Assembly: GCA_011620275.1 (NCBI GenBank)
Contig: WOZK01000010.1
Location: 5,257 to 69,256, forward strand
Length of the DNA stretch: 64,000 nucleotides
Direction: 5' to 3'
Source: Candidatus Omnitrophota bacterium
Lineage (GTDB): Bacteria > Omnitrophota > Gorgyraeia > Gygaellales > Profunditerraquicolaceae
Part shown: positions 53,721 through 63,439 of the stretch, piece after piece
Layout of the letters: every line of letters begins with the position of its first letter
Position numbering within the stretch: the stretch's first letter is position 1
Program-made: the position numbers and the translations under genes
Notes under the pieces: generated by a model
The model's input: only the letters and a program-made list of their open reading frames with translations
Database searches by the model: none
Told to the model about the DNA's origin: nothing

Positions 53721-54191
53721 ATGCCGCGAGGTCATTGCAGGGGACAGTGGTGGTGGCGGGGAAGAGTCTATGGCTGCGGTTACCGGCTTACGGCCGGCAG
53801 AGAGGCTATCCTCGGCCTGCTTTCCACGTCCAAAGAACATATGAGTGCCGAGGATATCTATATGAAGATACATACCGCTTATTCCAATGTGGGGTTGACC
53901 ACGGTTTACAGGACTCTGGAGCTTCTTTCCGATCTCGGAATGATCTGCAAGCTGGATTTCGGTGACGGACGGGCCCGTTATGAGCTTGCCGAAGGGGTGC
54001 AGGGCGTTCGGCATCACCATCATCTGGTCTGTACGGGATGTAACAGGGTAGTCGAATACACCGACTTCATAGACAAAGAGGTCGAGCTTCTCAAAGAGAC
54101 GGAAAAAGGGCTGGAAGAGAAATATCATTTTAAGATCACGGGTCATGTTATCCAGTTTTCCGGTTTGTGCGATAGATGCAGCTGTAAATAA
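53721..54191 (+). CDS. Fur-family metalloregulator (Fur/Zur/PerR) with an unusual Cys/Trp-rich N-terminal extension
   Basis: ...LTAGREAILGLLSTSKEHMSAEDIYMKIH...VGLTTVYRTLELLSDLGMICK...HHHHLVCTGCNRVVEY...CDRC. Strong RBS before ATG 53721. The tracked ORF starts at 53691. Confidence 0.8.
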   Translation: MPRGHCRGQWWWRGRVYGCGYRLTAGREAILGLLSTSKEHMSAEDIYMKIHTAYSNVGLTTVYRTLELLSDLGMICKLDFGDGRARYELAEGVQGVRHHHHLVCTGCNRVVEYTDFIDKEVELLKETEKGLEEKYHFKITGHVIQFSGLCDRCSCK

Positions 54192-54230
54192 AACCATTTT
54201 GGGGGTTTCAACAGTCGAAAGGAAGCGCGT

Positions 54231-54486
54231 TATGCCGGGATTAGACGGAACAGGACCTGCCAGTCAGGGATCCATGACCGGCGGCGGCAGGGGATATTGC
54301 GCGGTCAATATGAAGGGCCAGGGAAAGGCGATGGCTGGATTCCGGGGAAGGGGCCGCGGATGCGGCGCCGGATACGGGAGGTTTTTCTACGGCGGCGGGC
54401 GTCCTTGCCGGATGCGGGCGGGCGGCCGGCCTGTGTTTCCGGGCGGCTTCGCAGGGTCTGCGTACCCTCAAGAGAAAGCGGAATAA
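54231..54486 (+). CDS. DUF5320-family small Gly/Arg-rich protein
   Basis: MPGLDGTGPASQGSMTGGGRGYC... matches the MPxxDGTGPxGxGPMTGRGxGYC N-terminus of the DUF5320 family, which is usually found beside NifX-like or Fe-S ATPase genes. Confidence 0.6.
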
Positions 54487-54601
54487 AATTTGTTCGGGTT
54501 TGAGCCCGGGAAGTTTCACTCGAAGCTTGGCGGTTTGAAGCAGCGGTCTGCTCATGGTTTCGACGCCGTCGAAGTATAGAATAAGAAAGGAGTTTCGCAT
54601 T

Positions 54602-54982
54602 ATGAGGATCGGGATCGTTCTGGAAGAGGATAAAGGGGTGCACGGTAATGTCTGCCCTCATTTCGCCCAAGCCGGTTTTTTTCTTCTGGCGGACATAGAC
54701 CCGGATAAGAAAAAGATCGTTCATCTGCGTACTGTTCCCAATACCGTATCTCACGGCGGAGGAGGGTGCGTAGCGGTTGAAGAGATATTGAAACACGGCG
54801 TCACTCATGTAATCGCCGGCGGCATGGGGTTTGCCGCTCAGCAGAAACTGGCGCAGTCCGGGGTCAAGGTCTTCGGATATTCCGGGAACGTGCAGAAAGC
54901 CCTGGATGATCTTATGAATAACGCGCTGGGCGGATTAGGCGCCTGCAAAGGGCACGGCGAAACAGGCGGATGCCTTCATTAA
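54602..54982 (+). CDS. NifX/NifB-C-terminal-like dinitrogenase FeMo-cofactor-binding domain protein (PF02579)
   Basis: MRIGIV...GNVCPHFAQAGFFLLADID...VTHVIAGGMGFAAQQKLAQSGVKVF. Confidence 0.65.
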   Translation: MRIGIVLEEDKGVHGNVCPHFAQAGFFLLADIDPDKKKIVHLRTVPNTVSHGGGGCVAVEEILKHGVTHVIAGGMGFAAQQKLAQSGVKVFGYSGNVQKALDDLMNNALGGLGACKGHGETGGCLH

Positions 54983-54999
54983 GGAAGAGGGTGTGAATT

Positions 55000-55377
55000 A
55001 TGAAGATATGCGTTACTTCTGAAGGAAAGAGCCTGGATTCTCCGGTCGATTCGCGGTTCGGCCGTTGCAGTAATTTCATATTTTTCGATACGGACACCGA
55101 AGGATTCGAGGCGCAAGAGAATTCCGGTTTTCAATTTCAGGGAGGCGCCGGCATACAGGCAGGACAACTGGCGGTTTCAAAAGGCGTCACGGCAGTGCTC
55201 ACCGGTAACGTCGGACCCAACGCCTACCGGGTTTTAGCGTCTGCCGGCATAAGCGTGTTCACCGGAGTCTCCGGGACGGTCAAAGAGGCTATTGAAGGTT
55301 ACAGGAACGGCAAATACAAGGCGGCGGAAGCGCCAAGCGTGGCTCTCAAGTCCGGCACGCAGGTTAAAAATGAATGA
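55000..55377 (+). CDS. Second NifX/NifB-like FeMo-cofactor-binding domain protein
   Basis: MKICVTSEGKSLDSPVDSRFGRCSNFIFFDTDT...VTAVLTGNVGPNAYRVLASAGISVF. Confidence 0.65.
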   Translation: MKICVTSEGKSLDSPVDSRFGRCSNFIFFDTDTEGFEAQENSGFQFQGGAGIQAGQLAVSKGVTAVLTGNVGPNAYRVLASAGISVFTGVSGTVKEAIEGYRNGKYKAAEAPSVALKSGTQVKNE

Positions 55378-55406
55378 GGAAGTGTCATATAAACGCAGAA
55401 TAACGT

Positions 55407-56054
55407 ATGCCGGTATGCGTATCGGAGATTTGCTCTGTGAATAAGAAAATCACGGATAATTACTGCAGATACCTGGAACGTCAGGCTCTTTACAAGAGTT
55501 TCGGCTACGGCGTGGAAAAGGAAAGGGACTTTATACTCGCCGCGGCCGCTCCGATTCGGGGCAGGATCATAGAGGCGGGCACGGGAAAAGGGCATTTCGC
55601 GCTCGCCCTGGCAAAGGCCGGTCATTCCTTCGTCAGCTTCGACATATCGGCGCAAGAGCAGTATTTCGCCGGGCTGCTGCTGGAATATTTCGGGCTGCGG
55701 GAGCGGGCCGACCTCAGGATAGAGAACGGTGAACGCACGTCTTTTCCTGCCGGCGCGTTCGATACCGTTTTTTCGGTCAACGTCCTGCATCATCTCTCCA
55801 ATCCTTATCTGGTCATTGACGAGCTTATCCGTCTGGTGTCGCCTGGGGGCAGGTTGGTACTGGCTGACTTCACGCCCGAAGGATTCAAGGTGATGGATAA
55901 AATACACAGTCTGGAAGGTAACGTGCATGAGACCGGCAAAGTCGGAATGGCGGAGGCGGAAACGTATCTTGTAAATATGGAATTTTCGATCGGGAAAGTT
56001 TCCAGCGTTTATCAAACCGTACTCGTAGCCGGGAAAAACGGCGGTGCGTCATGA
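55407..56054 (+). CDS. Class I SAM-dependent methyltransferase
   Basis: IIEAGTGKGHFALALA (motif I) ... VLHHL. Start codon choice is uncertain. Confidence 0.6.
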   Translation: MPVCVSEICSVNKKITDNYCRYLERQALYKSFGYGVEKERDFILAAAAPIRGRIIEAGTGKGHFALALAKAGHSFVSFDISAQEQYFAGLLLEYFGLRERADLRIENGERTSFPAGAFDTVFSVNVLHHLSNPYLVIDELIRLVSPGGRLVLADFTPEGFKVMDKIHSLEGNVHETGKVGMAEAETYLVNMEFSIGKVSSVYQTVLVAGKNGGAS

Positions 56055-56908
56055 TCATTTCGGTCGCCAGCGGTAAAGGCGGCACCGGCAAGACCACGAT
56101 TGCGGTCAACCTGGCGCTTTCTCTCGGGGATGTGCAGTTTCTCGACTGCGACGTGGAAGAACCGAACGCCCATATATTTCTGAAACCGCGTCTTACCGAC
56201 GAACGCAGGATCTTCGTCCCGGTTCCCGAAATAGACGAATCTAAATGCACTTATTGCGGCAAGTGTCGCGAGGTCTGCGCGTTTAACGCCATAGCGGTCC
56301 TGGGCGGAACCGGCCCGGGCGGAGGGAGCGTTCTTGTATTCCCTCATCTTTGCCACGGCTGCGGCGCCTGCAGTATTTTCTGTCCGGAAAAAGCGATAAA
56401 AGAAATCGGCAGGGAGATCGGGATGGTCGAGAGCGGAATTAGAGACGGGATGGGATTTGTCCATGGGCGGTTGAACGTGGGAGAAGCTATGTCTCCGCCT
56501 TTGATCAGGAAGGTCAAAGAGCGCGCGGATTCGGCAAGAACGGTAATCATTGACGCCCCCCCGGGGATATCCTGTCCGGTAATCACGGCGGTGGAAGGTA
56601 GCGATTTCTGCCTGCTGGTTACTGAACCCACGCCTTTCGGGCTCAACGATCTTGTCCTGGCGGCCGGGATGCTGCGCGAATTGAAAATACCTTTCGCGGT
56701 CGCCGTCAACCGCGACGGCATCGGCGACGGGAAAGTGGACGATTATTGCGCCGGGGAGAAAATCCCGATCTTGATGCGTATACCTTTCAGTAAAGAGATA
56801 GCCGGAGCGTATTCCCGCGGAGAACCGGCAGTTTCGCTGTTTCCGGAGCTTGCCGGGCAGTTTCGGGATCTTTTCTCGCGTATCAGGACCGTATCAGGCA
56901 GCAGTTGA
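56051..56908 (+). CDS. MinD/Mrp-superfamily P-loop ATPase with an inserted 2x[4Fe-4S] ferredoxin domain
   Basis: SGKGGTGKTT deviant Walker A. CTYCGKCREVCAFNAI and CHGCGACSIFCPEKAI. Confidence 0.8.
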   Translation: MIISVASGKGGTGKTTIAVNLALSLGDVQFLDCDVEEPNAHIFLKPRLTDERRIFVPVPEIDESKCTYCGKCREVCAFNAIAVLGGTGPGGGSVLVFPHLCHGCGACSIFCPEKAIKEIGREIGMVESGIRDGMGFVHGRLNVGEAMSPPLIRKVKERADSARTVIIDAPPGISCPVITAVEGSDFCLLVTEPTPFGLNDLVLAAGMLRELKIPFAVAVNRDGIGDGKVDDYCAGEKIPILMRIPFSKEIAGAYSRGEPAVSLFPELAGQFRDLFSRIRTVSGSS

Positions 56909-56949
56909 TCAAGACGCAGAAATCCCGGGTTTTCAGGGGAGCTTCATTT

Positions 56950-57294
56950 ATGATAGAGGAAGCAAGGAACAATTTCCTTGGGAAAACCGGTGCTCGTTAT
57001 AACTGCGCTCAAGCGGTGATCAAGGCGTATGCCGAACTGTTCGGCCTGCCGGCCGGAACGGTGGAGGCACATGCCGGTTTTGGGGGCGGTAATGCCCCGC
57101 ATGGTTATTGCGGCGCGTTGTATGCCGCTTTATACATTCTGGCGTTCAAAGACAGCGGAAAATCGCAAAAATGTAAAGATTTTTTTCGCGGACATTCAGG
57201 GGCGTTGACCTGCCGGGAAATAAGGTCTGGGAGAAAGATTACCTGTTTATCCTGCGTTGAGAAAGCCGCGGAATTCCTAAAAAGGGAGCTTTAA
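56950..57294 (+). CDS. C_GCAxxG_C_C-family-like small putative redox protein
   Basis: ...YNCAQAVIKAY...GYCGALYAAL...CKDFF...CREI...CLSC. The pattern of conserved Cys positions resembles PF09719. The tracked ORF's first 15 codons overlap a dispersed repeat. Confidence 0.45.
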   Translation: MIEEARNNFLGKTGARYNCAQAVIKAYAELFGLPAGTVEAHAGFGGGNAPHGYCGALYAALYILAFKDSGKSQKCKDFFRGHSGALTCREIRSGRKITCLSCVEKAAEFLKREL

Positions 57295-57302
57295 TAAGAG
57301 AT

Positions 57303-58154
57303 ATGAAGAAGATAGCAGTTGTCAGCGGCAAGGGAGGAACCGGCAAGACGGTGGTCGCCGCCTCTTTCGCCGCGTTGCCGGGGAGTAAGGTCATGGTAGA
57401 TTGTGACGTTGATGCCGCCGACCTGCATCTTTTGCTGCATCCGGAGGTCAAAGAGCGGCATGAATTCAGGGGCGGCAGTACTGCCGTCATCGACCGCGGA
57501 CTCTGCCGACAATGCGGTAAATGTTCTGCCGTCTGCAGGTTCAAAGCGGTGAAATCCGGCCCTCGTGTGGAACGTTTCTTTTGCGAGGGGTGCGGATTAT
57601 GCGCCCGTCTTTGTCCTTACGGGGCGATAAGCATGGGGGAGACCGTATCCGGAGAATGGTTTGTCTCCGACACCCGCCGCGGGCCTTTCGTGCACGCCAG
57701 GCTTGGCGTCGCGCAGGGGAATTCCGGCAGGCTCGTTGCGCAGATACGCCGGGCCGCCGAGCGTATCGCCGCCGAAGAGAAACTGGAATATGTCGTGATC
57801 GACGGCCCCCCAGGAATAGGATGCCCGGTGATAGCTTCTCTCTCTGGAGTAGACTGCGCCCTTGTCGTTACTGAACCTACGCTTTCCGGCCTGCATGACG
57901 CCCGGCGCGTCATGGAAACGGCAGCTCATTTCGCCATTCCGGTTAAACTGGCGGTAAACAAATACGACCTCAATCCGGAGATGAGCGGTGAGATAGAGGA
58001 TTTCTGCCGTGAAAATGGCATACAGTTCGCCGGTAGAATATCTTTCGACCCGGCCGTGGTCGAAGCGTTGTCCGCAGGGCAGACTATAATCGACAGCGGG
58101 AACCGCACCGTAGGAGATGAAATAAGGAAGATATGGGAACTCTTGATACGGTAG
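57303..58154 (+). CDS. Second MinD/Mrp-type ATPase with a 4Fe-4S ferredoxin insert
   Basis: SGKGGTGKT. CRQCGKCSAVCRF and CEGCGLCARLCPYGAI. Confidence 0.8.
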   Translation: MKKIAVVSGKGGTGKTVVAASFAALPGSKVMVDCDVDAADLHLLLHPEVKERHEFRGGSTAVIDRGLCRQCGKCSAVCRFKAVKSGPRVERFFCEGCGLCARLCPYGAISMGETVSGEWFVSDTRRGPFVHARLGVAQGNSGRLVAQIRRAAERIAAEEKLEYVVIDGPPGIGCPVIASLSGVDCALVVTEPTLSGLHDARRVMETAAHFAIPVKLAVNKYDLNPEMSGEIEDFCRENGIQFAGRISFDPAVVEALSAGQTIIDSGNRTVGDEIRKIWELLIR

Positions 58155-58268
58155 ATAAACCGGCCGCCGCTTTTTACGAACCTCATCCTTGAAAACCTCC
58201 GGCGTAATAATCGCCTGCCGCATCCGCCGGCTGCCTGCCGCGGAAAATCCTCTTTCTTTTTATTGAGC

Positions 58269-58291
58269 CTTGTCCGAACTTGTTGTATAAT
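58269..58291 (+). promoter_or_regulatory. Direct repeats CTTGTCC / CTTGTTG abutting a TATAAT: candidate PhoB-dependent (E. coli-type Pho-box-like) promoter for the second pst operon
   Basis: CTTGTCC at 58269, CTTGTTG at 58279, TATAAT at 58286-58291. About 95 bp upstream of pstS2. Confidence 0.3.
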
Positions 58292-58385
58292 TGCAGAGAA
58301 ATCGGTTGTTCTCCATAAAATACCGGATTAACGTTTTTTCTGCGCTTATGGATCGCCATTCCCGCCGGTCCTAAAAGGAGTCATA

Positions 58386-59237
58386 ATGAAAAGTCTGATA
58401 TTGTCTCTATTTTTTCTCGCCTGTTTCTCTGTCCAGTCATCGGCCGCCGTGAATAATTCGGTGCGGATAAAAGGGTCTGATACTATGGTCAACCTGGCGC
58501 AGTCCTGGGCCGAAAAATACATGGAGATAAAACCGGAAGTCTTTCTGGCCGTGACCGGCGGAGGCTCGGGCACCGGGTTCTCCAGCCTGATCAGCGGCAC
58601 CTGCGAGATCGCCATGAGTTCAAGGGAAATAAAGGAAAAAGAGATCGCTCTGGCGGAGAAAAGAGGCATACATCCTTACGAGATAAAGGTCGCCCTGGAC
58701 GGGCTGGCGGTGGTCGTCAATCCGCAGAACCCGGTAGAAAAGCTGACCATGGAACAGTTGGCCGGGATATTCACCGGCGCTATCCGCAACTGGAAAGAAT
58801 TGGGGGGGCATGACGAAAAGATCGTGGTGTTGTCCCGCGAGGTGAATTCCGGGACCCACGTTTATTTTAAAGAGCACGTTCTCAGGAGGGGCAACCCGCA
58901 GGGGACGGAGGAGTTCGCCCCTTCGGCGCTGTTATTGTCTTCTTCGCAGGCGATAGCGGACGAGATCGCCCAGAACCCGGGAGCCATCGGTTATTATGGC
59001 ATGGGATACGTCTGCGCCAAACAAAAGGCGGTCCTAGTGGCCAAGGACGCGAAGTCGCTTTATGAAGCCCCGACGATCGACAACGTGATAAGCGGCCGAT
59101 ATCCGATATCCAGGCCGCTCTTCTTTTATCTCAACGGCAGCCCGCAGGGGATGTTGAAGGATTTTATAGATTATTGTCTTTCCGGAGACGGGCAGGAGAT
59201 AGTGGTGAAAACCGATTTCGTCCCTTTAAAACGTTAG
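58386..59237 (+). CDS. pstS: Phosphate ABC transporter substrate-binding protein PstS (second copy)
   Basis: Signal peptide, then IKGSDTMVNLAQSWAEKYM...GGGSGTGFSSLISGTCEIAMSSREIK. Confidence 0.9.
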   Translation: MKSLILSLFFLACFSVQSSAAVNNSVRIKGSDTMVNLAQSWAEKYMEIKPEVFLAVTGGGSGTGFSSLISGTCEIAMSSREIKEKEIALAEKRGIHPYEIKVALDGLAVVVNPQNPVEKLTMEQLAGIFTGAIRNWKELGGHDEKIVVLSREVNSGTHVYFKEHVLRRGNPQGTEEFAPSALLLSSSQAIADEIAQNPGAIGYYGMGYVCAKQKAVLVAKDAKSLYEAPTIDNVISGRYPISRPLFFYLNGSPQGMLKDFIDYCLSGDGQEIVVKTDFVPLKR

Positions 59238-59243
59238 AAGTCT

Positions 59244-60110
59244 GTGCGTAAACTAAAAGAATTCGTCATAGAGAAACTGATACTCTTCTGCGGGTTGGCG
59301 TCCATCTTTTTCGTGGTGCTTATTTTTCTTTTCCTGCTTAAAGAAGGCCTGGCGGTTTTTAAAACGGTAACTCCTCCCCAATTTCTTTTCGGAAAAAGCT
59401 GGTATCCGATTTCCGAACCGCCTCATCTCGGCATCCTGCCGTTGATCTTGGGGTCTTTAATGGTCACGCTCGGCGCGGCACTGATCTCCATACCCATCGG
59501 CGTGGCCTGCGCTGTTTACATCGCGGAGGTCGCCCCCCTGAAAATAAAGGAAATACTTAAAAGCGGCATAGAACTACTGGCCGCCATCCCGAGCGTGGTC
59601 CTTGGGTTCATCGGTATGGTCACCATAGTTCCCTGGATAAAAAGCATTTTTCATCTTCCCACCGGCCTCACCGCGCTTTCCGGGGCGGTGATGCTGGCTT
59701 TTATGGCCATGCCTACCATAGTCTCCATCGCGGAGGATGCCCTTTATTCCGTGCCCAAGACATATAAGGAAGGGGCCCTCGCGCTGGGCGCCACTCACTG
59801 GCAGGCTATCCACAGGGTGATCCTGCCCGCCGCTTCCTCCGGCATAATGGCGGCGGTGATGTTGGGAATAGGCAGGGTCATAGGAGAGACCATGGCGGTG
59901 ATGATGATCACCGGAAACGCCGCGGTGATCCCGCATTCCATACTTCAGCCGGTGCGGACGCTCACCGCTACCATAGCCGCCGAGATGGGGGAGGCGGTGG
60001 TAGGCAGCGAACATTATTTCGCCCTTTTCGCCGTCGGCATCGTGCTGTTCGTGATAAGTTTCATCGTAAACGTGGGCGCCGACCTTTTTCTGCATAAGAA
60101 AGAACAATGA
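59244..60110 (+). CDS. pstC: PstC permease (second copy)
   Basis: ...LGATHWQAIHRVILPAASSGIMAAVMLGIGRVIGETMAV... Confidence 0.9.
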   Translation: MRKLKEFVIEKLILFCGLASIFFVVLIFLFLLKEGLAVFKTVTPPQFLFGKSWYPISEPPHLGILPLILGSLMVTLGAALISIPIGVACAVYIAEVAPLKIKEILKSGIELLAAIPSVVLGFIGMVTIVPWIKSIFHLPTGLTALSGAVMLAFMAMPTIVSIAEDALYSVPKTYKEGALALGATHWQAIHRVILPAASSGIMAAVMLGIGRVIGETMAVMMITGNAAVIPHSILQPVRTLTATIAAEMGEAVVGSEHYFALFAVGIVLFVISFIVNVGADLFLHKKEQ

Positions 60111-61015
60111 ACGATAGTAACGTCACGGAATGTCCGGCGTCGCCGGCGCTTAAATTGAAGAAGAGATCCAGGGACCCGGTTCTGACCCAGCGTCTGGCCT
60201 TCGCGTTCCTTTTTGTTTCCACTCTTCTGATCATCGTGCCGGTGGGATTGATCATAGTGATCATAGTCCAGAAAGGCCTGCCGGGGATAACCTGGCAGTT
60301 CCTTTCCGACATCCCCAGGCAGGGGATGCGCAGCGGAGGGATATTTCCGGCGATCCTTGGTACCATTTACCTGGTGAGCGGGGCCATCGTCTTCGCGTTA
60401 CCCATCGGGCTGCTCTCCGCCGTTTATCTCAGCGAATACGCCCGCGGGAATTTTCTTACCCGCCTGATAAAGCTCGCCATCGTCAACCTCGCCGGCGTGC
60501 CTTCCGTGGTCTACGGGCTTTTCGGCCTGGCGCTTTTCGTTACCTTTTTCAAGTTCGGGGCGTCGATACTCTCCGGGGCTTTGACGCTCGGGATAATGAT
60601 ACTGCCTATAATAATCACGGCTTCCCTGGAGGCGCTGGAGAGCGTGCCGCATTCTTTCCGCGAGGCGAGCCGTTCGCTTGGCGCCAGCAGGTGGCAGACC
60701 ATAAGATACGTGGTGCTTCCCAACGCCATCTCCGGGATAATCACCGGGACCATTCTCGGTCTAGGCAGGGCGGCGGGCGAGACCGCCCCCATACTTTTTA
60801 CGGTGGCGGCTTTTTATCTTCCGCAGCTTCCCGGCTCCATATTCGACCAGGTCATGGCGCTGCCGTATCACCTTTACGTCATTTCCACCCAGGTACCCAA
60901 TGTGGACGAGAAGATCCGTTACGGCACGGCGCTGGTGCTGCTTGCGATGGTGCTTTTTATGAACCTTGCCGCGGTGGTGATACGCTGCCGCTTCAGAAAG
61001 AAGAAGAAATGGTAG
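60107..61015 (+). CDS. pstA: PstA permease (second copy)
   Basis: ...[42 protein letters not shown]... Confidence 0.9.
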   Translation: MNDSNVTECPASPALKLKKRSRDPVLTQRLAFAFLFVSTLLIIVPVGLIIVIIVQKGLPGITWQFLSDIPRQGMRSGGIFPAILGTIYLVSGAIVFALPIGLLSAVYLSEYARGNFLTRLIKLAIVNLAGVPSVVYGLFGLALFVTFFKFGASILSGALTLGIMILPIIITASLEALESVPHSFREASRSLGASRWQTIRYVVLPNAISGIITGTILGLGRAAGETAPILFTVAAFYLPQLPGSIFDQVMALPYHLYVISTQVPNVDEKIRYGTALVLLAMVLFMNLAAVVIRCRFRKKKKW

Positions 61016-61755
61016 AGTTCCTCATAAAAGACCTGAACATCTGGTTCGGCCAGATACACGCCATGAAGAACGTGAACATGGAGATTGGCTCGAAACAGAT
61101 ATTGAGCGTGATCGGCCCGGCCAACAGCGGCAAGACGACCTTCCTGCGTATGCTTAACCGGCTTAACGAATTGAACGACAATTTCCGTATGACGGGGGAG
61201 GTGCTTTTCGGCGGCAGGGACATCGTCGAGATGGACCCGGAAACGGTGAGAAAAAAGATAGGAATGGTTTTCGCGCTCCCGCTTCCCTTGCCTATGTCGA
61301 TATTCGACAACGTTGCCTACGGGGTAAAAGTCTCCGGGGTTAGGAACAGGAAACTTCAGGCGGCTGCGGTAGAAAAGGCGTTGAAGCAGGCGTATCTTTG
61401 GGACGAGGTCAAAGACAGGCTGGACACCTCGGCTTTTAAACTCTCCGGCGGCCAGCAGCAGCGGCTTTGCATAGCCAGGACCTTGGCGGTGGAGCCGCGC
61501 GTCATTCTTTTTGACGAACCGTGTTCGGGGCTGGACCCGATCTCGACGGCCAAGGTGGAAGAGGCGATGCTCGTGCTCAAGAAGGATTATACGATAATCC
61601 TGGTTACCAATAACGTCAAGCAGGCCGCGCGCGTGGGGGACAGGACGGCCTTTTTCCTTTCCAGCGAGCTTGTCGAGATGGACGGCACGGATAAGATATT
61701 CACGGCGCCGCGGGACAAGCGCACCGATGATTACATAAGGGGGAAATTTGGATAA
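61009..61755 (+). CDS. pstB: PstB ATPase (copy 2a), with a divergent Q-loop/Walker B neighbourhood
   Basis: ATG 61009 overlaps the pstA stop. [33 protein letters not shown], ...DDYIRGKFG. The tracked ORF from 60691 is an antisense-style over-extension. Confidence 0.85.
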   Translation: MVEFLIKDLNIWFGQIHAMKNVNMEIGSKQILSVIGPANSGKTTFLRMLNRLNELNDNFRMTGEVLFGGRDIVEMDPETVRKKIGMVFALPLPLPMSIFDNVAYGVKVSGVRNRKLQAAAVEKALKQAYLWDEVKDRLDTSAFKLSGGQQQRLCIARTLAVEPRVILFDEPCSGLDPISTAKVEEAMLVLKKDYTIILVTNNVKQAARVGDRTAFFLSSELVEMDGTDKIFTAPRDKRTDDYIRGKFG

Positions 61756-62506
61756 TCCGGCGATTCTGGTCAAGTCCCTCGATCTCTGGTACGGTGATTT
61801 CAAGGCGTTGAAGGGGATAAATGCATCCTTCCGCGGGAAGATGATTACTTCCATCATCGGCCCGTCGGGGTGCGGCAAGTCCACGCTTTTGCGCGTCTTC
61901 AACCGCATGAATGACCTGGCTGAGGGAGTGCGCACTTCCGGAGAGATTATTATAAACGGGGCGGATATCCTGCGCAGGGACGCCGACCTGGTGGCTTTGC
62001 GCAAGAGAGTGGGAATGGTCTTTCAGCGTCCGAATCCATTCCCGCTGTCCATATACGAAAACATCGTCTTCGGCGCGCGCATACACCTGGAGGCGAAGAA
62101 GAAAGATCTGGACTACCTGGTGGAGCAGAGCCTGCGCTCGGTACTGCTCTGGGATGAGCTTAAGGATAGGCTGGGCCGTTCCGCCCTGGGGCTTTCACTG
62201 GAGCAGAAACAGCGGCTTTGTATCGCGCGCCTGCTGGCCGTCAAGCCGGAGATACTGCTTATGGACGAGCCGTGTTCGGCGCTTGACCCGCAGGCTACCC
62301 AGCGTATTGAGGAATTGATGCGCGAGCTGAAGCGCGATTATACCATCGTGATCGTTACGCACAACATGCAGCAGGCGGCGCGCATCTCCGACGAGACGGG
62401 TTTTATCCTGATGGGGGAATTGGTGGAGTTCGGCAGGACGGAGACGATATTCACCAAACCGTCGGACCGCCGCACCGAAGATTACATAACCGGCAGGTAC
62501 GGATAA
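61748..62506 (+). CDS. pstB: PstB ATPase (copy 2b), tandem to copy 2a
   Basis: [20 protein letters not shown] ... [13 protein letters not shown] (signature motif LSGGQ replaced by LSLEQ) ... EDYITGRYG. Confidence 0.85.
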   Translation: MDNPAILVKSLDLWYGDFKALKGINASFRGKMITSIIGPSGCGKSTLLRVFNRMNDLAEGVRTSGEIIINGADILRRDADLVALRKRVGMVFQRPNPFPLSIYENIVFGARIHLEAKKKDLDYLVEQSLRSVLLWDELKDRLGRSALGLSLEQKQRLCIARLLAVKPEILLMDEPCSALDPQATQRIEELMRELKRDYTIVIVTHNMQQAARISDETGFILMGELVEFGRTETIFTKPSDRRTEDYITGRYG

Positions 62507-62736
62507 ATCCGGGGAGGGGCCGGTCTTGGCGGCGGTCGGCTACCGGAATATGTCTTGTGTGCTATACTATATAATATATGGCGGCCGCGCGGTGTTTTAA
62601 TCAGATTGCTGCTTCGGCAGGCGCACTGTCAAGACTTGCCGAAGAATGAGCAGTGGAGCGCCGGAATGACGCGGCTAAGCAGGATGGGCATTGAAGAATA
62701 CTAATTCCCGGATACGACAAGTTTGAAAGAGAGGTC

Positions 62737-63405
62737 ATGATGGAGAGACATTTTGACGAAGAACTCGCTAATCTGCGCAAAGGAATACTTAGGATGGCGG
62801 CCATGGCCCAGGAAGCCATTTTTAATTCGATCGAGGCGCTGAAGAACCGCGATAAAGGCCGTGCGCAGGCAGTGATCGATACCGACGACAAGATTGATAT
62901 GCTGGAACTGGAAGTGGACGAGAAGTGCATAGATCTTATAGCCAGGCACCAGCCGATGGCCGGAGACCTGCGGTTTATTACCACCGGGATGAAGATAAAT
63001 TCGGAACTGGAACGTATAGCTGACCTGGCCGTGGATATTTCCCAGCGCGTCCAGGACCTGATAGATAAGCCGATACTCAAGCCTTTGATAGACATCCCCA
63101 AGCTCTCCGTAGTGGCGCAGAATATGGTGCGGGACGCGATCGACGCTTTCGTGAAGCGCGACGTCTCCCTGGCCAAGCAGGTGATGTGCTCGGACTGCGA
63201 GGCGGATCGGCTGCGTAACCTCGTTCAGGAAGAGCTGATCAATGATTTCATGGCAAAGGACATCGGCACCGCTTCCAGGGCCGTGCCCTTGCTGCTCATC
63301 GCGCGCCACCTCGAGCGCATCTGCGACCACGCCACGAACATAGCCGAGGACATAATTTACATGGTAGAAGGTAAAGTGGTCAAGCATCATAGCGAGGATT
63401 TATAG
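62737..63405 (+). CDS. phoU: PhoU (second copy)
   Basis: MMERHFDEELANLRKGILRMA... plus two PhoU repeats. About 60% identical to the first PhoU. Confidence 0.9.
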   Translation: MMERHFDEELANLRKGILRMAAMAQEAIFNSIEALKNRDKGRAQAVIDTDDKIDMLELEVDEKCIDLIARHQPMAGDLRFITTGMKINSELERIADLAVDISQRVQDLIDKPILKPLIDIPKLSVVAQNMVRDAIDAFVKRDVSLAKQVMCSDCEADRLRNLVQEELINDFMAKDIGTASRAVPLLLIARHLERICDHATNIAEDIIYMVEGKVVKHHSEDL

Positions 63406-63439
63406 TAGTTCACTCTCGGTTACGGTTACGTTGTCTTTA

